A stretch of 64,000 bases of DNA. Origin: a virus (lineage: Duplodnaviria > Caudoviricetes). The notes beneath the pieces are model-generated. The model searched no databases. It was not told where the DNA came from and worked only from the letters and a program-made list of their open reading frames with translations. The translations under genes were made by a program, and so were the position numbers. Below, piece after piece: positions 56,461 through 64,000 of this stretch. The stretch lies in IMG/VR virus record IMGVR_UViG_3300030330_003913; one strand, written 5' to 3'. Positions within the stretch are counted from its first letter, which is position 1; every line of letters begins with the position of its first letter.

Positions 56461-58485
56461 TTAACCATTCGTATACTCTTGGTCATCATTATCACCTGCG
56501 GTTGGTGTGATTTCTTCAACATCACAGAAGTCACCATCACAGAATTTCTCTATGTTTGCTTCTTCTGCCTTAATAACACCGAATGATAACTTACCAAGTT
56601 TTTTAATTTGTTTGTTATATTCTTTCTCATCTATTGCCTCATATGGCATTTGTGGATATGCACCCCAATCATGTCTTGGTAGTAGTGATATACCCTTTAG
56701 ATGATATTGGAAATAATTCAATACATTTGGTATTTCATCTCCTTCTGTTTCAGGATTGAATGTAACCGTACAACTTACTTGATTATCCGCCCAATGTCTT
56801 TGTAGGAACGCTGCAAGTGAGAATTGTTCCCATATACTTAGGTCTGCAGCAGTTCTGATTCCTTCACCGACATCAACTGGTATCTCTACCACCAATGTAG
56901 AATCCTCAGAACCAAAAGCAGGTTCAATTTTGTAACCTGCTTTCGTTAGTGGTTCTACCAATTCGGAATTAACTGATAATCTTATTCTTCTTATATAAAA
57001 TCTTGATTCGGGATAATGTAAACCTGGAGTACTACCAGCCAATAATGAAACGGTACCACTCGGTTTAACTGATGTAGTCTTGATTGACTTTGGTATAGCA
57101 AACCAATCAGAATATACATCATCCCATTCTTGTATGACATCATATCCATCATTTAACCATTCCTTTAGTTCGTTTAAACCTCTATGTGTTATGAATTGTG
57201 CAACACCACTAACTGAACAACCGATTCTTCTGTTTCTCAACATCACTCTGTTTGTATCACTCCAATGAGTTCTACCAAGAGTTACGGTCTTTGCATATAA
57301 GTATGCATATTTTAGTGTTCGTGCATAATCTTCAAAGTCATCATGGTTATCTGGAAATGTTTCTACTAAACAACATAACTCATAAGACTCTAATGATTGT
57401 TCTAAACATGGATTACCACCCATTACTCTATGGTCTTTGTTATCACCACCATTTTTCATACGAGAATACTTTCTCATATTATCTAACCATGCAAGTCCTG
57501 GTTCTCCATTATCTACTATTCTTTTTGAAACCTCAGTATAATCCATTCCCATCTCTGCAAATATACTATTGTTACTTGTCCAACCATATTGGTCTCTATG
57601 TGGATTTACTTTGTAATTCTTTAAATCTAAATACTCTTCTGAATTAGGGTCACCAAATACAATCTCGGCAGTTCTTCTTACATTACCCGCCACAACACAT
57701 TTACCAATTAGATTCATAATATCTACAATGGTTGTGATTGTGATTGGATTACCAGAATTACCCTCTAATACTTTTCTGATATCTTCGTGAACTTCTTTCA
57801 ATGGTTCTGGTCCTGATGATACTCCACCAAACCCTTTAATTGGAACACCTGCCTCTCTAATTTTACTATAATCAAATTTTACTTTTGGTTGTCCGTGAAA
57901 ATAACTTTCCAATAATAATCTTAATGATTCTACCCAACCCTCACGAGTATCTGGTATTTCATATGTTGTTTCTCTTTCTTCATCAATACCTTTAACAAGT
58001 ATTTCACCTGCTCCTTTGGTATCAAATCCTACACCAACTCCTAACATTGATGCGTCCATTAAGAAACAAAATGGTTTAGAATAATCGTCTTTGATTGTTT
58101 TTGTTGATACAAATGCACAATTGTTTAGTGCCGCGTATAAACCTTTTTCTTCAGTTATTGGTGTTCCCATAGCCCATAAACCACGACCTGGTGGTAAGAA
58201 CTTCATGTTGAAGATTCTCTCATACATATCTTGTGCTGACTTTTGAGCTTGCCATGGATTCCAACCTAATTGATGAGACTCAATGTGATTCATTTGCATA
58301 GAGTAAGTTCCCTCTACAACCCTTTGTACGGTTTCCCACCATCTCTCATTCTTTCCATCTTCCTTAATTCTTGAGTAGGTTCTCATGTATACGAGTTCAC
58401 CTAACCCATTGAAACCAAATGGTGGTTTCTTTCTTTTGTACTTATTTATAAAATTCTCTGATAACTTAAATTTGTGTTGTCCCAT
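56461..58485 (-). CDS. nrdJ: Class II (adenosylcobalamin-dependent) ribonucleotide reductase
   Basis: RTYSR, PPGRG, LNNC, GGNPCLE, LCCLVE, TSVKPSGTVS, C-terminal CDGDFC. Confidence 0.92.
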   Translation of the reverse strand: MGQHKFKLSENFINKYKRKKPPFGFNGLGELVYMRTYSRIKEDGKNERWWETVQRVVEGTYSMQMNHIESHQLGWNPWQAQKSAQDMYERIFNMKFLPPGRGLWAMGTPITEEKGLYAALNNCAFVSTKTIKDDYSKPFCFLMDASMLGVGVGFDTKGAGEILVKGIDEERETTYEIPDTREGWVESLRLLLESYFHGQPKVKFDYSKIREAGVPIKGFGGVSSGPEPLKEVHEDIRKVLEGNSGNPITITTIVDIMNLIGKCVVAGNVRRTAEIVFGDPNSEEYLDLKNYKVNPHRDQYGWTSNNSIFAEMGMDYTEVSKRIVDNGEPGLAWLDNMRKYSRMKNGGDNKDHRVMGGNPCLEQSLESYELCCLVETFPDNHDDFEDYARTLKYAYLYAKTVTLGRTHWSDTNRVMLRNRRIGCSVSGVAQFITHRGLNELKEWLNDGYDVIQEWDDVYSDWFAIPKSIKTTSVKPSGTVSLLAGSTPGLHYPESRFYIRRIRLSVNSELVEPLTKAGYKIEPAFGSEDSTLVVEIPVDVGEGIRTAADLSIWEQFSLAAFLQRHWADNQVSCTVTFNPETEGDEIPNVLNYFQYHLKGISLLPRHDWGAYPQMPYEAIDEKEYNKQIKKLGKLSFGVIKAEEANIEKFCDGDFCDVEEITPTAGDNDDQEYTNG

Positions 58486-58603
58486 TAAAACTGACTCCTA
58501 TATTTTAGATTCTTTTTTCTCTTTAATTAAGTATAATATATACGGAGAATAAATGCACTTTTATTATTTTTTTAGAAGTTTTAATAATTTTTTCTTAGAA
58601 GTT

Positions 58604-59971
58604 TTATTCAAATCCTTCTGAGTCAAAATCCTTTTTCTTCTGTGCCAAGGTTTTACGAATATACTCATCTGCATTATTCATTTTACCTTGTACTTCTCTT
58701 CCACCTTGTGTGTTGGTTTCGTAAATCTGAATGAAACCTGTATTGGTATTAATAGTTGCTGGAAAGGTTATCCCATCAGGCCCAAATCTATTTTTAATAA
58801 CATGGAATCTACCTGTGTTTGCAATCTTATCTTCCACTTTTCTACTCATACTCATGACAAAATCTGAAGTCATGACTTTACTATAATCTTCACTAACCTT
58901 TTCAGCACCAATCACATCTTCTTCTAACGATGAACGATTTGCCTGTGATGCAGTCCATACAGGTATATCAAATTCACCTGCCATACCTCTTAACTCTTCA
59001 TACACATGACCTATCTGATGTCTTTTTTCACTAAAGTGTTGTGTGGATTTCATAATGTCTGCATAATCCACAATCACTAAATCTGGTTTGAGTCCCTGCA
59101 TCTCACATTGTTGTAAATGTGCAGTAAGTGTATTCACACTTGCAGTTCTTGTTGGATAATATTTTATTATCAACTCACCCTTTAGTTTTGAAATCTTATT
59201 TTGTACTTCATCTTTATAATATTGTAAGTTACCTGTTGGTTGTCCACTTATAATGGTATCATATCTCAGTCCAACATATTGTGCATTTAACTCTAATGTA
59301 TAATGTATTACGGTTTTACCTTGTTTGACTGCATGTGCACCTAATGCCTGAAGTGTCCACGATTTACCAATACCAGCAGGTGCAACAATCACACCCAACT
59401 CACCACCTGCAAGTCCACCATCCATCAATTCATTTACACTATCCCATTGTGTTGGTAATGTATTTCTTGATTGTTGTGTTAGTCGTTCTTCCAAACCTGT
59501 AATATAATCATGACCAATGTCTCTCTCTACACCTGCTTTCATTGCATTATCTATAACACCTTTTATCTCATCATACTTTTGATTATCTAATAACTCAACT
59601 GATTCCATAATGGCACTTTTGATAACTTGATTCTTACAGAACTCAAGTGATTTTTCTTTTACAAATTCTAAATCAGGTGATTCACGATGTTGCCATGCAC
59701 CTCGTAATGAATCAATAATACTTGTCTTTAGTACATCATTTTCCACATCATCAATGACAACTTTTAATGCCTCCATTGTTGGTGGGGATTTATACTTTTT
59801 AAAATAATCTATTATTGATTTTACAAGAAACTTGTTTGAATCAGAATCAAAATAACTTACTTCTAAAATGTCACCGATAGTTTTTATAAACTTCGTATCA
59901 ACTATTAAAGATGTAATAATTTTACTCTGAAAAGATGTTCCATATTTAATTAAAGATTCACTCATAACCAT
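58604..59971 (-). CDS. DnaB-like replicative helicase (gp41-like)
   Basis: APAGIGKS, YTLEL, VDYAD, TASQANR, KNRFG. Confidence 0.93.
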   Translation of the reverse strand: MVMSESLIKYGTSFQSKIITSLIVDTKFIKTIGDILEVSYFDSDSNKFLVKSIIDYFKKYKSPPTMEALKVVIDDVENDVLKTSIIDSLRGAWQHRESPDLEFVKEKSLEFCKNQVIKSAIMESVELLDNQKYDEIKGVIDNAMKAGVERDIGHDYITGLEERLTQQSRNTLPTQWDSVNELMDGGLAGGELGVIVAPAGIGKSWTLQALGAHAVKQGKTVIHYTLELNAQYVGLRYDTIISGQPTGNLQYYKDEVQNKISKLKGELIIKYYPTRTASVNTLTAHLQQCEMQGLKPDLVIVDYADIMKSTQHFSEKRHQIGHVYEELRGMAGEFDIPVWTASQANRSSLEEDVIGAEKVSEDYSKVMTSDFVMSMSRKVEDKIANTGRFHVIKNRFGPDGITFPATINTNTGFIQIYETNTQGGREVQGKMNNADEYIRKTLAQKKKDFDSEGFE

Positions 59972-59980
59972 TTATAATTA

Positions 59981-61111
59981 TCATTTAGTTTTCGGAAACA
60001 CACGATTTATTTTATCATTATAGTTTTTTATTTCCTCGTAGTCTCCACTTTCTGTTCCCATAAATTTTAGGATATTATTTAACTCCACTTTTGTTTTTTC
60101 TGTAACTTTATTCATATTTTTTTCAAAAGTATTTGTAACTTTAAACTTTTCTCTCTCATGTAGATTCTGTATACATACTCCATCAGGTGCCCATGCATAA
60201 TGAAATGATATATCATCGGTACTCTTAATAATACCTAAATCAAGGAATTGTTCAATTGATTCAAATATATGATGTATGTTATATGTAGATACGGTATATT
60301 GAATTCCATAGTGAATATCATTTTCTTTTAACTTTTCTATATTCTTTACGAACTTATCATGATTGAAACCTACTCTAATATATTCACCCAAGTCATATAA
60401 CCCATCACAAGATACTGCAATGTAGATAGTACCTTTTTCTTTAATCTTGTTCCAATATTTAAATAATGATTCCTCTTGGTATCTTAATGTAGACATGTTA
60501 GAATTATAATGTAAATGTAACTTTAGTTCTTTATCAGTAACAAATTTTAAGATTTCCATGTGTTCTGGCATAATCAAAGGTTCTCCACCTGCAAAGTATA
60601 TCTTCTTAAGTTTACCCAAATGTTTTTTAAGATTTTCCATAAAGTTATTTTCTACTTTAATAACTTTATTTACATCAGGTGATATACCACCTAATAACAT
60701 TTCAGGTTGATACCAAGATGATGAGAACTCATGACAACATGTCCTACATTTAAAATTACATTGATTTGAAAATCTAATATCAATATACTGAAACTCTAAT
60801 GGAACTTCACCATCAGTAGTTTTTGGTATTTCAAATTCATTGTTATCTGGTTCTAAAAATCCTTGTCGTGCACTAACCTCACCTCTGTCTTCTGCAAGGT
60901 AACAAATATCACATAATTTATTTCTTTCCCCATTCAACATATCCATACGAAGTTTTTTCATTTCTTCTGAATTAAATACTTCACCTATGGATTCTCTGTT
61001 TAAATTATGTGAGTATATAGTTTCTGCAATACAACAAGGTTTCACATGACCTGATGGTTGTGCATATAAATGTACAAATGGTAAGGGACAAAATGTTTTA
61101 CTATTACTCAC
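59981..61111 (-). CDS. Radical SAM protein with N-terminal twitch/SPASM domain
   Basis: CPLPF..KPCC...CDIC; CNFKCRTC; GGEP. Confidence 0.88.
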   Translation of the reverse strand: MSNSKTFCPLPFVHLYAQPSGHVKPCCIAETIYSHNLNRESIGEVFNSEEMKKLRMDMLNGERNKLCDICYLAEDRGEVSARQGFLEPDNNEFEIPKTTDGEVPLEFQYIDIRFSNQCNFKCRTCCHEFSSSWYQPEMLLGGISPDVNKVIKVENNFMENLKKHLGKLKKIYFAGGEPLIMPEHMEILKFVTDKELKLHLHYNSNMSTLRYQEESLFKYWNKIKEKGTIYIAVSCDGLYDLGEYIRVGFNHDKFVKNIEKLKENDIHYGIQYTVSTYNIHHIFESIEQFLDLGIIKSTDDISFHYAWAPDGVCIQNLHEREKFKVTNTFEKNMNKVTEKTKVELNNILKFMGTESGDYEEIKNYNDKINRVFPKTK

Positions 61112-61293
61112 TCAATGTTTCCATACATATCTTGTACTTTCTTATCGTAAAATTCTTTTCTCTTTTTCTCACGATATTTTTGACGAGCCTTTGCTCTTAT
61201 CTCTTCTGCATTTCTTTTGTAGTGTTCCATCTGCCACTTTCGTTGGGCGTCTCGTTTTTCTTTATCTGAGAAATATTTTCGTTTTCTACCCAT
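61108..61293 (-). CDS. Small basic protein
   Basis: K/R-rich helix. Confidence 0.55.
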   Translation of the reverse strand: MGRKRKYFSDKEKRDAQRKWQMEHYKRNAEEIRAKARQKYREKKRKEFYDKKVQDMYGNIE

Positions 61294-62338
61294 GAGTTTT
61301 CTCTGCCATAAAATTTAATCTATTAAATGTATTTGCTAACCAACTCGTCAAGTTTGGTAAGGCAGTATACATTTTATCTTCAAGAAACATTTTTTGAAAT
61401 TTATGTTTAATCATTCTTTGGATTGGTTGTGATATAATATTCTGTACTTTTAGTTTGCTACTACCACCCATAATACCATCATCTAAATCCATTAGTCTTC
61501 TGTTCATCAACATTTGTTCTTCTGAATTACAAATGTTTTCACATAACTTTACTTGTTTTCGTTTTTTAGATGCACTCTTTAATAAATCATTGATGGTATA
61601 CTTAACATCTTCACTTAACCATGGAAAGTTTTTGAGTAATGTTTTTAATCCTACCCCATGAACACCAGGTATACCATCTGATTTATCTCCATCTAAAACT
61701 CTATACAATAAAAAGTTTTTAGAATTGATACCAAATTCTTCTTTGATTCGTTCTTCATCGTACATCTTCTTTTTTGTAGGTGAGTAAACTTGAATCCTTT
61801 CATCTACTAATTGTAAGAAATCTTTATCAGTAGACATAATAGTAACTTTGTCTTTGAAGACATGTTTACTACAATAACCAATGACATCATCTGCCTCAAT
61901 ATTATCCATATTGATTATGGTTAAAGGTAGACATTCAAGATACTCAACAACACGATTCAACTGATGAATCATCATCTTTTGTTCGTCTTCACGAGTCAAA
62001 AAATCATTTGCTCTATTCAAACGATGAGACATCTTTCTTCCCATTTTGTATTCAGGAAAGATTTTCCTACGGCGGTTAGACCCACCTTTACCATCAAATA
62101 CAATAATGGTTCGGGTAGGTCTTACCATATTTATAGTGTAACCAATTGACCTTAAAAAACCAACTATTCCACCAATGTGAACCCCATCATCATTAGTAGT
62201 TGGTATTGCTGAAAACACTCTAATAAAAGTGTTCAGACCATCTATTAGTAAAACCGAGTCGTTTGGTTTTCCACTATCTACTTTACCGCCAGATTTCTTT
62301 ATCTCATCAAGTATTGAAAGATATCGTTTGTTAGTCAC
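61286..62338 (-). CDS. 5'-3' exonuclease / T4 RNase H-like flap nuclease
   Basis: IDG.N, FDG, YK..R, EADD, DKDF.QL, GDKSDGIPGV.GVG.KT; start trimmed to GTG. Confidence 0.92.
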   Translation of the reverse strand: MTNKRYLSILDEIKKSGGKVDSGKPNDSVLLIDGLNTFIRVFSAIPTTNDDGVHIGGIVGFLRSIGYTINMVRPTRTIIVFDGKGGSNRRRKIFPEYKMGRKMSHRLNRANDFLTREDEQKMMIHQLNRVVEYLECLPLTIINMDNIEADDVIGYCSKHVFKDKVTIMSTDKDFLQLVDERIQVYSPTKKKMYDEERIKEEFGINSKNFLLYRVLDGDKSDGIPGVHGVGLKTLLKNFPWLSEDVKYTINDLLKSASKKRKQVKLCENICNSEEQMLMNRRLMDLDDGIMGGSSKLKVQNIISQPIQRMIKHKFQKMFLEDKMYTALPNLTSWLANTFNRLNFMAEKTHG

Positions 62339-63428
62339 CGAGAACCTCATCTGTGAATTCCACATCATCAATACCAAGTTTTTCTTTGTATTGTAATATA
62401 ACCTTATCACAAATGATTTTGTATACATACTCTCGTAGTTCATCATTTTCGGTGATTAAATCTTCCCAATCTTTAGATAGGAATTTATGTTCTTCACCAT
62501 TTTGGTCTACTAATGTATACCATGCTCCACCAGTCTTTACTAACTTGTGTTCTTTCAATACGGTTAACCATGCACCATAATTATCTATACCTCTATCAAA
62601 GTACATATCATAATCTGCATGTCTCAAAGGTGGGCCTAAACGATTCTTAATAATCTGTGCCCTACACTTCATACCTAATACATTCTTACCTGTATCTTTG
62701 ATTTGTCCCATATTCTTCAATCTAATTCTTGTAGATGAATGGAATGGTAATGCCTTACCACCACTTGTTGTCCAAGGGTCACCAAACATTACTCCAAGTT
62801 TCTGTCTTAATTGATTTGTGAATACGAGTGCAATCTTTTCTCTACCAATAAGTTGAGTGATTTTTCTCATCGCCTTACTGATAATGATTGCCTTGGCAGT
62901 TGCCCAACCATCTTTATCAAAGTCTGCCTCTAACTCTACTTTAGTAGATGCGGCGGCGAGTGAGTCAACCAAGATAGTTACTAACCTATCTTTGTCACTT
63001 TCTCTAACTTTTGTTACTATTTCTTCAATTGCCTCAAAGATATCTTCTACGGTTTCTAAATGTAAATATAACATTTTATTTAAATCTAAACCAATAACTT
63101 CCATGAACTCTTGAGAAACTGAAGTTTCAGTATCTATATAAACTGCAACTCCACCTTTCTTCTGAGTCTCTGCAAGTATGTGTGCACCAAGTAGTGATTT
63201 ACCACTTGATTCTAATCCATTGATTTCTGTAATTCTACCAACTGCAATACCACCATTAGGTCTGTTGGATATTGCCAAGTCTAACATTGAAGAACCTGTA
63301 GAAACAAATTCTTTAATGTCTGTTGGTGTGGAATCACTTCCATCTAAAAAGTATGCAACTTTAGTGTCTTTAAACTTTTTATTCAGACTACTTGCCAAAG
63401 TATCGGCCAATACATCATTTACTGACAT
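62331..63428 (-). CDS. recA: RecA/UvsX recombinase
   Basis: GLESSGKS, IDTE, VDS, NQLR, GGKALPF, KNR. Confidence 0.93.
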   Translation of the reverse strand: MSVNDVLADTLASSLNKKFKDTKVAYFLDGSDSTPTDIKEFVSTGSSMLDLAISNRPNGGIAVGRITEINGLESSGKSLLGAHILAETQKKGGVAVYIDTETSVSQEFMEVIGLDLNKMLYLHLETVEDIFEAIEEIVTKVRESDKDRLVTILVDSLAAASTKVELEADFDKDGWATAKAIIISKAMRKITQLIGREKIALVFTNQLRQKLGVMFGDPWTTSGGKALPFHSSTRIRLKNMGQIKDTGKNVLGMKCRAQIIKNRLGPPLRHADYDMYFDRGIDNYGAWLTVLKEHKLVKTGGAWYTLVDQNGEEHKFLSKDWEDLITENDELREYVYKIICDKVILQYKEKLGIDDVEFTDEVLGD

Positions 63429-63448
63429 TCATTTTCTCCTAAGTTAAA

Positions 63449-63514
63449 ATAGTGTGTAGTTAGGGAATACAATAACACCCATCTCTACTTTTCTTGTATG
63501 TTACCACACACTAT
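63449..63514 (-). other. Intergenic stem-loop upstream of recA
   Basis: ATAGTGTGTGGT pairs with ACTACACACTAT (12 bp, one G-U). Confidence 0.55.
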
Positions 63515-63525
63515 ATTGTTATAAT

Positions 63526-64000
63526 TTATGAATTAAATAATTCATCAAAAGCTTCTGAAGTGTCTTTCACTTTAGAAGACTCTAATTCAGAACTTGTTAC
63601 GGTATCTTGAGTTTCTGATTCACCCTCTGATTCCTCTGATGGGTTCAACCATTCATTCAATACACCTGACAAGTCGTCATAAGATAACTCTTGATAAATC
63701 TCACGAATGTCCTGTTGTTCTTTGACCTTTTCTAAGATTTCAGGTTCATCTGAAATTGGTGTTTGATTAGGTTTTACTCTAATCTTTGTTGTAGGATAAC
63801 TAGCTCCTGTTTCCTCTGCGGATATGAACTCAACTACAACATCACGACCATTAACTGGGTCTGTAATATCACCATAATCAGGGTCAGCGATTACAGAAAG
63901 TAATTCTTGGTATACGGTTTTACCGAATCCCCAAAATTTTACTCCTTGTTTCTCTTCACCTCTTACGATAACAGGTGCAAAAGTTCTCATTTTTGCCTCT
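63526..64000 (-). CDS. ssDNA-binding protein (gp32-like), C-terminal part
   Basis: VKFWGFGK.VY, DITDP..G.D, acidic tail FDELFNS. Confidence 0.85.
   Translation of the reverse strand, partial: EAKMRTFAPVIVRGEEKQGVKFWGFGKTVYQELLSVIADPDYGDITDPVNGRDVVVEFISAEETGASYPTTKIRVKPNQTPISDEPEILEKVKEQQDIREIYQELSYDDLSGVLNEWLNPSEESEGESETQDTVTSSELESSKVKDTSEAFDELFNS

Noticed and set aside
51034-63428. Introns or inteins in polB, nrdJ, helicase, recA
   Set aside because: All are continuous ORFs of ordinary length.
3064-63447. All plus-strand ORFs in the track and nested alternate-frame minus ORFs (e.g. 16631, 17450, 46446, 48576, 55225)
   Set aside because: They are shadows of well-supported minus-strand genes, with no motifs and S/L/F/I-rich antisense composition.
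1-64000. Stop-codon reassignment, as in some large phages
   Set aside because: Genes tile densely under the standard code; TAA, TAG and TGA all end genes at overlaps; core genes are unbroken.

Overview
An AT-rich (roughly 70% by eye) segment of a large T4-like dsDNA phage genome. Essentially all genes are on the minus strand, the genetic code is standard, and no capsid or tail genes are present. The right end holds a replication block: ssDNA-binding protein, UvsX/RecA, 5'-3' exonuclease, DnaB-type helicase, class II RNR, PolB, sliding clamp and both clamp-loader subunits. Accessory genes are interleaved in it: a full-length TonB-dependent receptor with a pseudoknot in its leader, a DNA methyltransferase, a radical SAM enzyme, and a 4-gene cassette that splits the clamp-loader pair. 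That cassette encodes a SerRS-like amino acid:[carrier protein] ligase fused to a GNAT, a circularly permuted ATP-grasp fused to a catalytically dead Hint domain, a second GNAT and a minimal adenylation enzyme; it is the best candidate for an undescribed system. The middle is a ~15 kb glycan synthesis island, including an aldolase/HAD/cytidylyltransferase/Maf-like ulosonic-acid module. The left part has glycan-tailoring enzymes, metabolic genes (a partial metK missed by the ORF track, apt, groES), tRNA-Ala(UGC), many 25-40 aa membrane microproteins, a repeat-rich non-coding zone with a local GC-skew flip (~11.3-12.7 kb), and two type IV pilin-like genes behind a sigma54-type promoter. Sigma70-type promoters and AGGAG Shine-Dalgarno sites argue against a Bacteroidota host; an FCB-group marine host such as Marinimicrobia is an inference only. 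All family calls come from motif recognition by eye, not from database searches.
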